A DNA stretch of 34,063 nt from Clostridiales bacterium (GTDB lineage: Bacteria; Bacillota; Clostridia; Oscillospirales; Acutalibacteraceae). The stretch spans positions 1-34,063 of the forward strand of contig JAJBVC010000086.1 in the NCBI GenBank assembly GCA_020860025.1, written 5' to 3'. The notes under the pieces were generated by a model that was not told the DNA's origin, ran no database searches, and worked only from the letters and a program-made list of their open reading frames with translations. The position numbers were made by a program, and so were the translations under genes. The first letter of the stretch is position 1; every line of letters starts with the position of its first letter. This document shows, piece after piece, positions 1-9,278 of the stretch.

Positions 1-1
1 G

Positions 2-1015
2 TAGATTGTTGAAATATAATTTGCTGTTTCTGTAATCAAGTTTCTTTCTTATATCACGCTGATACTTTAAACAGAGCGCATAAAGTTTGTGTTCACTATA
101 TATATTTCTTTGTTCGCAAATTATATGGTCGTCAATATACTGTAAAATTTCAATTATGCTGTTTTTATAATTTTCTTTTTCTTCGTTTGTTAATATATCG
201 GGTATTACCTGTTTTATTCTCCACTGCAAATCATACATTATAACGTACTGTATATAAGGAATTACTTCATCATATTTTTGCATCGAAAAATCAATTAGAC
301 TTTTGTGAAAATTGCCTAATGTTTTTGTATAATATTCTTTTGATATAGAAGTATTCTGAATTGCAGACGTTCCGCTTAATCTTTTCCTATAATAGTATAA
401 AGCTTTTGATGATACTCCAAATCTTTCTTTATTTAAAATTATTTTATTTATATATTCAGCGTCCTCGCCGTATTTCAGATTGGTGCTGAATTTATATTCT
501 TTAGCAATATCTGATTTTATAAATGACGATGCTGCGTGCATATGGCAATAATTATAATTTTCAAATATATCTACGTTTTTATCTTTTTTAAAAAAGTAGT
601 CAACTATATGATAATTATCTTCCGCTTCAAAAAACTTCTTCCTGCACGCTACAACATCTATGCCTTTATTTTTTTGAAAAAACTTATAAGCAATAGAAAA
701 TGCGTCCGAACTCCACTTATCGTCGCTGTCTAAAAAATTAACATACTCTCCCTCAATATATTCCATTCCTGTATTTCTTGCGGCGGATACTCCGGCATTT
801 TCCTGCTTAACATATATAATATTTTCAGGATACATATTCCTATACTTCAGGCAAATCTCTTCACTGTTATCAGGACTCCCGTCATTTACCAATATTATCT
901 GAATGTTATCCTTAAAGCCTATATCTTGATTTATTACAGACTCTATTGTTTCCTGCAAATAGTTTTCCACATTGTATATCGGTATTACTACTGAAAATTC
1001 ATACTTATAATCCAT
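2..1015 (-). CDS. Family 2 glycosyltransferase, N-terminal part (3' end runs off window); possibly a GT2/CDP-glycerol glycerophosphotransferase fusion
   Basis: Not in the ORF track because there is no stop in the window. My manual translation from ATG at 1015 (GGAGGA RBS upstream) gives MDYKYEFSVVIPIYNVENYL...IILVNDGSPDNS...ENAGVSAARNTG...VNFLDSDD, which are GT2 motifs. The fusion is inferred from the frame continuing well past the GT2 domain. Confidence 0.88.
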   Translation of the reverse strand, partial: MDYKYEFSVVIPIYNVENYLQETIESVINQDIGFKDNIQIILVNDGSPDNSEEICLKYRNMYPENIIYVKQENAGVSAARNTGMEYIEGEYVNFLDSDDKWSSDAFSIAYKFFQKNKGIDVVACRKKFFEAEDNYHIVDYFFKKDKNVDIFENYNYCHMHAASSFIKSDIAKEYKFSTNLKYGEDAEYINKIILNKERFGVSSKALYYYRKRLSGTSAIQNTSISKEYYTKTLGNFHKSLIDFSMQKYDEVIPYIQYVIMYDLQWRIKQVIPDILTNEEKENYKNSIIEILQYIDDHIICEQRNIYSEHKLYALCLKYQRDIRKKLDYRNSKLYFNNL

Positions 1016-1177
1016 TTTATTCTTCCTCCGCCACTAAATTATTTGAAAAACTTATAACTATAATAGACTTGATAGTTTTTTAATATTGCATAACATTTTT
1101 AGAATACCATAAATTTAAAATAAATTCAACTAAAGGGCGTCTTTTCAGCTGTTTCAATTGGGAATATTGCGGTTGTT

Positions 1178-2785
1178 TTAATATTTTTTAAGCTGTTCCT
1201 CGTTGAAGTCCTCTAAAAATTCATCATATGTTCCCTTACGGTCAAGGATTGTGCTGCCTGAAATTTCGATAATCCTGTCGGCGACCGTCTGCACGAACTG
1301 GTGGTCGTGAGATGTAAACAAAATCGTTTCGGGATAACGGATAAGTCCGTTATTGAGCGCTGTAATCGACTCCAAATCAAGGTGGTTTGTAGGCTCGTCA
1401 AGGATAAGCACATTCGCTCCCGAAAGCATCATTTTACACAGCATGCAGCGTACACGTTCGCCGCCCGAAAGAACATTTGCGGTTTTAAGAGCGTCGTCGC
1501 CGCTAAAGAGCATTCTGCCAAGCCAACCACGAATATCCGCCTCAAGAGTATATGACGTATACTGACGAAGCCAGTCAACGAGCGTTAAATCAACACCGTC
1601 AAAATAACTGCTGTTATCGCTTGGAAAATAGCTCTGCGACGTTGTAACGCCCCATTTGTAGTTGCCCTCATCCGGCTCTGTCTCGCCCATAATAATTTTA
1701 AACAAAGTTGTTTTTGCAACGACGTCTGAGCCGACAAAAGCTACCTTTTCCCTTGGGTGAATTACGAATGAAATATCATCAAGCACCTTGCGGTCGCCTA
1801 TCGTTTTTGAAAGGTGATCAACTCTCAAAAGGTCGTTGCCGCATTCACGGTCAGGCTTAAAATCAACGAACGGAAAACGGCGGCTTGAAACAGGCATATC
1901 AATCATCTCAAGTGCGTCGAGCTGTTTTTTACGGCTCGTTGCTTGCTTTGATTTAGCGGCATTTGCCGAGAAACGCTGAATAAACTCCTGAAGCTCCTTG
2001 ATTTTCTGTTCATTCTTTTTATTTTGGTCACGTGCCTGACGCTGACGCATCTGTGTATATTCATACCAGAAATCGTAGTTGCCCGTATAAAGCTGGATTT
2101 TACCGAAATCGACATCGCATATATGCGTGCAGACCTTATTGAGAAAATGACGGTCATGCGAAACTACTATAACTGTATTTTCAAAATCCATCAGGAAATT
2201 TTCAAGCCAGCGAATAGCCGTCAGGTCAAGGTGGTTTGTAGGCTCGTCAAGAAGAAGTATGTCGGGATTGCCGAAAAGCGACTGAGCAAGAAGCACCTTT
2301 ACCTTTAAATCAGACGGAAGTTCCTTCATCTTCATATAATGGTATTCGTCCGAAACACCTAACTTATTGAGCATAAAGGCGGCGTCGCTTTCAGCATTCC
2401 AGCCGTCCATATCGGCAAATTCAGCCTCAAGCTCACCTGCTTTGATACCGTCTTCCTCGCTGAAATCCTCTTTCATATAAAGAGCGTCTTTTTCTTCCAT
2501 AACCTCAATCAGACGTGGATTACCCATAAGAACAGTACGTATAACCTCGTATTCATCAAACGCAAAATGGTCCTGACCGAGTACGGAAAGACGTTCGCCC
2601 GGTGTAATAAATACCTCGCCCTTTTGCGGTTCAATCTCGCCTGAAAGAACCTTTAAAAATGTTGATTTTCCGGCGCCGTTTGCACCTATAATACCATAGC
2701 AGTTGCCTGCGGAAAATGTGACGTTGACATGCTCAAAAAGTGCTTTTCCGCCAAACTGCACGGTGATGTTGTTTGCCTGTATCAT
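1178..2785 (-). CDS. ABC-F family ATPase (YbiT/YkpA-like ribosome-associated factor)
   Basis: Two ABC domains (GANGAGKST, LLLDEPTNHLD, LSGGERVR, LILDEPTNHLD) and no TM segments. Start moved to MIQANN at 2785 behind a GGAGG RBS. Confidence 0.92.
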   Translation of the reverse strand: MIQANNITVQFGGKALFEHVNVTFSAGNCYGIIGANGAGKSTFLKVLSGEIEPQKGEVFITPGERLSVLGQDHFAFDEYEVIRTVLMGNPRLIEVMEEKDALYMKEDFSEEDGIKAGELEAEFADMDGWNAESDAAFMLNKLGVSDEYHYMKMKELPSDLKVKVLLAQSLFGNPDILLLDEPTNHLDLTAIRWLENFLMDFENTVIVVSHDRHFLNKVCTHICDVDFGKIQLYTGNYDFWYEYTQMRQRQARDQNKKNEQKIKELQEFIQRFSANAAKSKQATSRKKQLDALEMIDMPVSSRRFPFVDFKPDRECGNDLLRVDHLSKTIGDRKVLDDISFVIHPREKVAFVGSDVVAKTTLFKIIMGETEPDEGNYKWGVTTSQSYFPSDNSSYFDGVDLTLVDWLRQYTSYTLEADIRGWLGRMLFSGDDALKTANVLSGGERVRCMLCKMMLSGANVLILDEPTNHLDLESITALNNGLIRYPETILFTSHDHQFVQTVADRIIEISGSTILDRKGTYDEFLEDFNEEQLKKY

Positions 2786-2870
2786 ATATGTGCCTCCTAT
2801 TAAAATTCGGATATATAACGGATATATAATACTACAATAAATTCTTAAAAACAAGTAGTTTTATTTTAAG

Positions 2871-2899
2871 TTGATTTTGTTTATAAAATATACTATAAT
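2871..2899 (+). promoter_or_regulatory. Putative sigma-A promoter for the rpe operon
   Basis: TTGATT-17 bp-TATAAT. Confidence 0.55.
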
Positions 2900-2947
2900 A
2901 TTGAGACATAAAAGTAATTACTTCTTTATGTAACGTGAAGATGTTGG

Positions 2948-3176
2948 CAGATGTTGAAAAAGTAGTCAGAATTAAGCATTTTGGGAGGATTGCTGTACGA
3001 TTGTACCGTTCCGAGCAAAAGTCTTAAAACGCTCAAAAGCGGACGGGCTTGACGCCCAGACGCTTTTATAATAGTTGTTTGTATAGAAAATCTAAATATT
3101 TGCAATGCACAAAGACTAAAAAAGTAACATACCACACTATAATCGAGCGTGGTTATGATTGCTTTATCGACATCTG
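2948..3176 (+). repeat. Dispersed structured intergenic element, copy R1 (229 bp)
   Basis: Imperfect terminal IR CAGATGTTGAAAAAGTAGTCA...TGATTGCTTTATCGACATCTG. Core motifs GTAGTCAGAATTAAGCATTTTGGGAG, CTTAAAACGCTCAAAAG and GAGCGTGGTTATG are shared with the other copies. Confidence 0.92.
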
Positions 3177-3195
3177 TATTATTTGGAGAGATACT

Positions 3196-3843
3196 ATGGA
3201 TATAAAAATTTCACCCTCAATGCTCGCAAGCGACTATGCAAACCTTGAAAAAGAACTTGACAAATGCAAAAAAGGCAAAGCCGACCTTATTCATCTTGAC
3301 GTTATGGACGGTCACTTTGTACCTAACATTTCTATCGGCGCACCTGTAATTGCGTCTATGAAAAAGGTATGCGATATTCCTTTTGACGTTCATCTTATGA
3401 TTTCAAAGCCGTATGACTACATAGAAGATTTTGTAAATGCGGGAGCAGATATAATTTCATTTCATACCGAATGTGACAGCGATATTGAAAAAACTATAGA
3501 CAAAATAATTTCCCTTGGATGCAAGGCAGCGCTTGCTGTTAAACCGGGCACGCCCATCGAGGCGGTTTTTCCCTATCTTGACAAGCTGTCAATGGTTCTT
3601 GTTATGACTGTTGAGCCGGGCTTTGGCGGTCAAAACTTTATGGAGAGCGTTATGCCGAAAATTAAAACGCTCAGAGAAAAATGTCCGGCGCTTGACATTC
3701 AGGTTGACGGCGGTATAAATGCCGATACCGTTACGCTTGCAGGCAGAGCGGGAGCAAATGTTTTTGTAGCAGGCTCCGCCATATTTAAAAGTGACGATCC
3801 CGCAAAGACTATCAGCATATTAAAAGAAAATGCAAAAATATAG
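3196..3843 (+). CDS. rpe: Ribulose-phosphate 3-epimerase
   Basis: ISPSML, HLDVMDGHFVPN, DVHLMI, MTVEPGFGGQ, IQVDGGIN. Start at 3196 after GGAG; the longer ORF from 3049 reads through repeat R1. Confidence 0.96.
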   Translation: MDIKISPSMLASDYANLEKELDKCKKGKADLIHLDVMDGHFVPNISIGAPVIASMKKVCDIPFDVHLMISKPYDYIEDFVNAGADIISFHTECDSDIEKTIDKIISLGCKAALAVKPGTPIEAVFPYLDKLSMVLVMTVEPGFGGQNFMESVMPKIKTLREKCPALDIQVDGGINADTVTLAGRAGANVFVAGSAIFKSDDPAKTISILKENAKI

Positions 3844-3885
3844 CTTAACAGTGGCTTCGCCCATTGTTGAAATCACGGTGATTAT

Positions 3886-4944
3886 ATGAAGAAAAAACGC
3901 TTTTACAACAATAAAAAGCGAAACAGCAAATGGACTGAAGAGCAAAAGGGCAGAAAAATTGATTTTGCCGATAAATATATTGAAGCCGGCAGCGGTTTTG
4001 ATAAATTTGACAATCGCAAGCCGACCAAAAAGAAAAAAGGCATTACGAAAGAAAAGCTGCGTTCATTTCTCAAAAAAGCTATTACAGCCGTGCTGTGTCT
4101 TTGCGTTGTAGGAATAGGATACACGGCAATGGACGTGTATATGGAGCGAAATTCGATGCCCGCAGCAACAGACGAGGAGGAAACGTCAGCCGGAATAGGC
4201 GATGTTGCGGTACAGTTCAGGGCAATGCAAGTGCAGTCTATCAGCCTTGATAACGGCGTTATGCTGACCGCTGTTGTTGACGATACAGAGGAAAACGGCT
4301 ACGATGCGGTAGCGTTCGAGCTTAAGCGAAGCGACGGCACTGTCGGCTATACAAGCTCTCTTGCGACTGTTGACACATTCGGCGCAGTTTCTTCTAATTC
4401 GGCACAGCTTGAAAAATCTGTCCAATACCTTACGGAAAATGACATTATCCCTGTCGGCGAAATTTCCTGCTACAAGGACAATATCGCACCTCAAAGCAAT
4501 ATGGATTTAGCTGTGACCGATGACGGAGGACTTTATACCGACAGTGAGGGCAACACATATCTTAACCCCGACAGTGACGCTGTATACGACTATATTAAGA
4601 GTATTATCGAAGAGGTCAACGGTATGGGTGTTTCGGTCTTCGTGCTTAGCGATTACGATTTGCCCGACGATATTTCAAAGTCGTATAACGACGGATTTGA
4701 CACTCTTTCGCAAAAACTGTATGACGATTTCGGCAGCGATATAAAACTGCTAAAATGCGAACAAGTAACAATTTCCGATGAAAGCGATGCGACTGTCGAG
4801 GAACAAATTGAAGAAAAAATTACCGAAAATATAAGCGACGACACAGTATTCTTAATAACTGCGCCGGACGAGGAAGAGGTTAAACAGGCTCTTGATGAAA
4901 ACAATATTGTAAATTATATTATTCAGCAGGACAGCACTTCTTAA
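3886..4944 (+). CDS. Membrane-anchored putative glycoside hydrolase-like (DUF4015-like TIM barrel) protein
   Basis: Basic N-terminus and one TM segment, followed by an acidic domain with GYDAVAFELKRSDG, IIPVGEISCYKD and YLNPDSDAVYDYI resembling DUF4015-type proteins. Confidence 0.55.
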   Translation: MKKKRFYNNKKRNSKWTEEQKGRKIDFADKYIEAGSGFDKFDNRKPTKKKKGITKEKLRSFLKKAITAVLCLCVVGIGYTAMDVYMERNSMPAATDEEETSAGIGDVAVQFRAMQVQSISLDNGVMLTAVVDDTEENGYDAVAFELKRSDGTVGYTSSLATVDTFGAVSSNSAQLEKSVQYLTENDIIPVGEISCYKDNIAPQSNMDLAVTDDGGLYTDSEGNTYLNPDSDAVYDYIKSIIEEVNGMGVSVFVLSDYDLPDDISKSYNDGFDTLSQKLYDDFGSDIKLLKCEQVTISDESDATVEEQIEEKITENISDDTVFLITAPDEEEVKQALDENNIVNYIIQQDSTS

Positions 4945-4982
4945 TAAAATAATATTAATTCTTGGTGAAACGGAGGATGGCA

Positions 4983-5828
4983 ATGAAATTTTTTAATATA
5001 AAAATTAAAAGCTTTTTTGCATTTATTTTCTTTGCAATTTTTTGTTTTACCACTGTAATTACAGCTTATGCTCAGGACATACTTCCCACTCTTGAGGCTA
5101 TTACGTTTAAAAATGCCACAGTCGACGGTGAATTCTCTTCCGATATTCAGGAATACGGTCTTACTCTTACAGACAATACGGTTTCACCATCTCTTGAAAG
5201 CTATGCAATAAAGGGCGACGCTGACATATTTGTAACGTATTCTTATGACGAAACAAACAGGCAGACAGGTTTGGTCGTTACGCTTACTTACGATTCCGGC
5301 AGTACGATTTATAACTTTACATATTCAAACCCTGCCGAATACACTATTAGCGATGACAATACGCTCTCTTCAATTATATGCACCTTCGGCGAGCTTTCAC
5401 CCGAGATGAACGATAACGACACGACATATAAACTTTATATCCCATCGGATATGACCGAACTGACAATTACACCTGTAACGCACGACGTAAACGCATACTG
5501 TGCTCCCGTTATTTTAACGCTCAGCGAGGAGCAGACGCCGAATATCACTCTTTATTGTACAGCCTCAAATGGCGACAAAAGAGAATATACGGTAAAAATA
5601 AAACGTGTTGACAAAACTACTGAAGAAATAAAATATGAAATGTCTCAGCCCGATTACACTTCATTTGTTGACGGAACGCTGCTTTACCAAAAACCTGAAT
5701 TTTTGATTGCGGCGGGAGGTACAATAGGCGGAATAATAATATTGATTTTACTTTGGCGAGGGACGAAAAGAATTGCCGTTAACCCTTACGACAGCGACGA
5801 AAAACCGTTTTACCGCCCTGACGAATAA
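4983..5828 (+). CDS. Secreted cadherin-like beta-sandwich domain protein with C-terminal membrane anchor
   Basis: Signal peptide (..TAYA/Q), a Thr/Tyr-rich beta domain (SDDNTLSSI...TYKLYIPSD...CTASNGDKREYTVKI) and a C-terminal TM segment. GGAGG RBS before ATG 4983. Confidence 0.65.
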   Translation: MKFFNIKIKSFFAFIFFAIFCFTTVITAYAQDILPTLEAITFKNATVDGEFSSDIQEYGLTLTDNTVSPSLESYAIKGDADIFVTYSYDETNRQTGLVVTLTYDSGSTIYNFTYSNPAEYTISDDNTLSSIICTFGELSPEMNDNDTTYKLYIPSDMTELTITPVTHDVNAYCAPVILTLSEEQTPNITLYCTASNGDKREYTVKIKRVDKTTEEIKYEMSQPDYTSFVDGTLLYQKPEFLIAAGGTIGGIIILILLWRGTKRIAVNPYDSDEKPFYRPDE

Positions 5829-5908
5829 ATTGCTTAGGTGAAAGAAATCTCCCACCTACAGCGTACAGCAAACCGATTGCCATTAAATTTAGATTAGGAG
5901 ATAATGAT

Positions 5909-7297
5909 ATGAATATTGAAGATTACACAAACGAAGAAATTGTTGAAAACATCTCCGCTCTTTATAGAGACCGAAAATTTTCCGAGATAAAAAATATATT
6001 TAAAGAGATAAATCCCACTGACATTGCCGCTATGTACGACGAGTTTACGGACGAACAGCGTATACTCTTTTTTAGACTTCTGCCAAAGGAGGAAGCGGCT
6101 GAAACATTTGTTGAACTTGACGGCGACACTCAGGAATCACTGATTCTTGCTTTTTCCGATACGGAGCTTCGTGAAGTGCTCGACGAGCTTTACCTTGACG
6201 ATACGGTAGATATTATCGAGGAAATGCCTGCAACTATCGTCAGAAGAATACTTAAAAATACAGACTCTCAGACAAGAGCTTCAATAAATACGCTGCTCAA
6301 ATATCCAGAGGACAGCGCGGGCTCTATTATGACAACCGAGCTTGTTGATTTAAAAAAGGACAACACTGTTGAGGACGCTTTTAAACGAATACGCCGTACA
6401 GGTGTTGACAAGGAAACAATTTACACCTGCTACGTTACCGACAAGTCAAGGCATTTAATCGGCGTTACCACGGTTAAGGAGCTTTTGCTGCACGAATACG
6501 AGGATAAAATTGAGGATTTTATGGAAACGAATACGATTTTCGTTTATACTCACGATGACAAGGAAACGGCGGCAAACCTATTTGACAGGTACAATTTTCT
6601 TGCGCTTCCCGTTGTAGATATGGAACAGAGACTTGTCGGCATTATCACTGTAGACGATGCCATCGACGTATTGCAGGAGGAAAACACCGAGGATATTCAC
6701 AAGATGAACGCTATCGTGCGAACATCTGAAAAGCCTTATCTTAAAATCGGCGTTTTTGAAACGTGGAAATCACGTATTCCTTGGCTTATGCTTTTGATGG
6801 TCAGCGGAACGTTTACAAGTATGATAATCAATGCGTTTGAGGACAAACTCTCGGCTCTTATTGTGCTGACAGCATTCATCCCAATGCTTATGGACACCGG
6901 CGGAAATTCAGGCAGCCAGGCAAGCGTTACGGTTATCCGTGCGCTGTCGCTTAACGAAATTGAGATGAAGGATATTTTTAAAGTAATATTTAAAGAGCTC
7001 AGAGTAGGCATATTGTGCGGACTGTCGCTGGCGTCGGTCAACTTTGTCAAGATACTGCTTATTGATAAAATGCTGCTCGGCACCGAGGGTATTACGCTTC
7101 TTGTTGATTTGGTTATAAGCCTTACGCTCGTTGTTGAAATTATATTTGCGAAAATCGTCGGCTGTACACTTCCGATATTTGCAAAGAAGCTTAAATTCGA
7201 CCCTGCCGTAATGTCGTCACCGTTTATTACTACGATTATTGACGCACTTTCACTTTTGATTTACTTCCAGCTCTCAAGCGCAATTTTGCATATTTAA
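5909..7297 (+). CDS. mgtE: Magnesium transporter MgtE
   Basis: MgtE N-domain, CBS pair (YPEDSAGSIMT, LVGIITVDD), PMLMDTGGNSGSQ and DPAVMSSPFITTIID. Confidence 0.96.
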   Translation: MNIEDYTNEEIVENISALYRDRKFSEIKNIFKEINPTDIAAMYDEFTDEQRILFFRLLPKEEAAETFVELDGDTQESLILAFSDTELREVLDELYLDDTVDIIEEMPATIVRRILKNTDSQTRASINTLLKYPEDSAGSIMTTELVDLKKDNTVEDAFKRIRRTGVDKETIYTCYVTDKSRHLIGVTTVKELLLHEYEDKIEDFMETNTIFVYTHDDKETAANLFDRYNFLALPVVDMEQRLVGIITVDDAIDVLQEENTEDIHKMNAIVRTSEKPYLKIGVFETWKSRIPWLMLLMVSGTFTSMIINAFEDKLSALIVLTAFIPMLMDTGGNSGSQASVTVIRALSLNEIEMKDIFKVIFKELRVGILCGLSLASVNFVKILLIDKMLLGTEGITLLVDLVISLTLVVEIIFAKIVGCTLPIFAKKLKFDPAVMSSPFITTIIDALSLLIYFQLSSAILHI

Positions 7298-7310
7298 CAT
7301 CACAACAAGC

Positions 7311-7341
7311 AAAAAGCGTAGTGGCATTGGGTCACTACGCT
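7311..7341. terminator. Terminator-like hairpin after mgtE, directly abutting repeat R2
   Basis: AAAA-AGCGTAGTGGC-attgg-GTCACTACGCT. The expected + strand T tract is replaced by the start of R2. Confidence 0.7.
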
Positions 7342-7823
7342 CAGACTGTCGATAAAGCAGTCATAACCACGCTCAGGTGGCAAAAATAGAAGTATCTTTA
7401 TTACTTTTATCTTTTAAAAACAAAAAAGTCATTTATTACAACAACAATATAAAAGTGCCAAGACCTTAATGTTCTTGGCACTTTTGAGCGTTTTAAGCCT
7501 TTTGCTCGGAAGCGGATTCGTTTGCGACCGCTCACAGTGTGAGAAAAAGGGAGCAATATCGTCAAAACACATTTCGCATTCAAACAAATTGTTGACGCAA
7601 TTCGTAACGAATGCTTCGTATGTTTTTCCTCTCCCCACAAAGCCAAGAGGCTTTGCAGGGACCCCGCCGGCAGCGGTCAAAATTTTCAGCGTAAGCGGCC
7701 GAAAATTTTGGGCACCGCAACTGGACACCATCGTACAGCAATCCTCCCAAAATGCTTAATTCTGACTGCTTTCTCAACATCTGCTGCGTTTAGAAATCTA
7801 TAATTTATCTTTTTCTACACACT
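7342..7823 (-). repeat. Dispersed structured element, copy R2 (442 bp core 7342-7783 plus ~40 bp palindromic appendix)
   Basis: Reverse-orientation copy with all core motifs and the longest internal insert. The right half is nearly identical to R6b. Confidence 0.92.
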
Positions 7824-7873
7824 TTTTATTTTATATAATATAGGTTATTATTGCTTATCCGGCGAGCTATAAA

Positions 7874-9265
7874 TTATTTTGGTAAATCTCGATAATACTG
7901 TGTGAACGGTTTGAAGCGTTCCTGCTCCTCCCAAATATCCTTTGCCTTAGGCGCCCAAGCTGTGGCGTAATCATCGCATTTTGAACAAAGAGCGTCTACA
8001 GACTCTTCCTTTGTAAGATTGGTGGATTTTGCGCCTGTTTTTTTAACAATACTGCGAAGCGCCTGCGGATTTTCGAGCATCGGACAAGGACGAAGCATAT
8101 TGTCATTAAACGGCTGACCCTTGTAATACTCCTGAAAAAGCGGTGATTTTAGACATTCCAAAATACTCTTTTCCCTGATATTTGAATCTGAATAGTGAAT
8201 AAATACGCAAGGCTCAACATCGCCCTCGGAATTAACATGAAAATAATTTCTGCCGCCTGCAATACATCCGCCGACATACTCTGCGTCATTTTGAAAATCG
8301 ACTGTAAAAATCGGCTTGCCTGTTTTGCTGTTACGATTTTCACGAATTTTGCGATAAACGTGTTCACGCTGCTGCGGTGTAAGCAAAAGCGACTTGTCGG
8401 CTCCGTGACCGACAGGCATATAATGAAAATACCATGCATAGCGAGCGCCGTTTTCAATCATCATATCGTAAAATTCATCACTCGTTACAGCGTCATAATT
8501 TTGAGACGTGTAACACACGGATGTGCCAAAAAGACATCTATGCTTTTTGAGCATTTTCATAGCGTTTAAAGTTTTGCTGTATGCGCCGTCACCACGGCGA
8601 GAATCGTTTGACGCCTCGTCGCCCTCTATCGAAAGAGCGAGTGCTAAATTCCCGCACGCTTTCATATCCTCGCAAAATTTATCGTCAACGAGCGTTCCGT
8701 TTGTAAAAGACAGAAACAGACAGTCGCTGTTTTCACGTGCAAGCGTCAGTACATCATCCTTGCGAATCAGCGGTTCACCGCCCGTAAACATAAAGAAATG
8801 CGTGCCAAGCTCCTTGCTTTGGCTTATTATTTTTCTCATTTCATCAAGAGTGAGATTAGATTTATAGCCGTATTCAGCCGCCCAGCAACCCTTACATTTA
8901 AGATTGCAGGCTGATGTCGGGTCAATCAGCACTACCCAAGGAATATTGCATTTTTCAACGTCACGTCGTTTTCTCAGCGTTGAGGTGCCGATAAGTCCCA
9001 AATCAATTCCAAAAGTCAACACCGCCTTGCGCAAAAGGTCGTGGTCAACCTCGTCAATTCCACGAAACAGAAATTCGTGCCAGATATTATCCTCATCGCT
9101 GATAATCTCTATAGGCTTTGTAAACGTGCTTTCGGGGTACATTTTGCCCGCAAAAAACTTGCCGAGCCTTATAAGCTTGAGCATATTCTTCTGCGGATTT
9201 TTATAAATGTATTTGAAAATACGGTTTCCCACAGCGTGAAGCGGTTTACTTGATTTTTGCGTCAT
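7874..9265 (-). CDS. Radical SAM protein with C-terminal SPASM/twitch-like domain, function unknown
   Basis: CNLKCKGC, FTGGEP, GCIAGGRNYFHVNSEGDVEPC and RPCPMLENP. Confidence 0.88.
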   Translation of the reverse strand: MTQKSSKPLHAVGNRIFKYIYKNPQKNMLKLIRLGKFFAGKMYPESTFTKPIEIISDEDNIWHEFLFRGIDEVDHDLLRKAVLTFGIDLGLIGTSTLRKRRDVEKCNIPWVVLIDPTSACNLKCKGCWAAEYGYKSNLTLDEMRKIISQSKELGTHFFMFTGGEPLIRKDDVLTLARENSDCLFLSFTNGTLVDDKFCEDMKACGNLALALSIEGDEASNDSRRGDGAYSKTLNAMKMLKKHRCLFGTSVCYTSQNYDAVTSDEFYDMMIENGARYAWYFHYMPVGHGADKSLLLTPQQREHVYRKIRENRNSKTGKPIFTVDFQNDAEYVGGCIAGGRNYFHVNSEGDVEPCVFIHYSDSNIREKSILECLKSPLFQEYYKGQPFNDNMLRPCPMLENPQALRSIVKKTGAKSTNLTKEESVDALCSKCDDYATAWAPKAKDIWEEQERFKPFTQYYRDLPK

Positions 9266-9278
9266 TCTCTTTCCCCTT

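Noticed and set aside
536-733. 65-aa + strand ORF and other short ORFs antisense to or nested within long genes
   Set aside because: They are shadows of well-supported genes (here the GT2 on the minus strand).
1178-2785. Antibiotic-resistance ABC-F
   Set aside because: The sequence looks like the housekeeping YbiT/YkpA type and has no mobile or leader-peptide context. A subfamily HMM would be needed to say more.
5829-5908. M-box (ykoK) riboswitch upstream of mgtE, suggested by TTAGGTGA
   Set aside because: The intergenic gap is only 80 bp and the rest of the ~150-nt aptamer is absent.
7407-7780. Short ORFs inside the repeats (also 2926-3135, 25671-25949, 25709-25897, 32797-33033, 32874-33080) that share peptide strings
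   Set aside because: They occur on both strands and in different frames, lack RBSs, and have inconsistent starts and stops between copies. The similarity is a by-product of repeated DNA and no transposase motif is visible.
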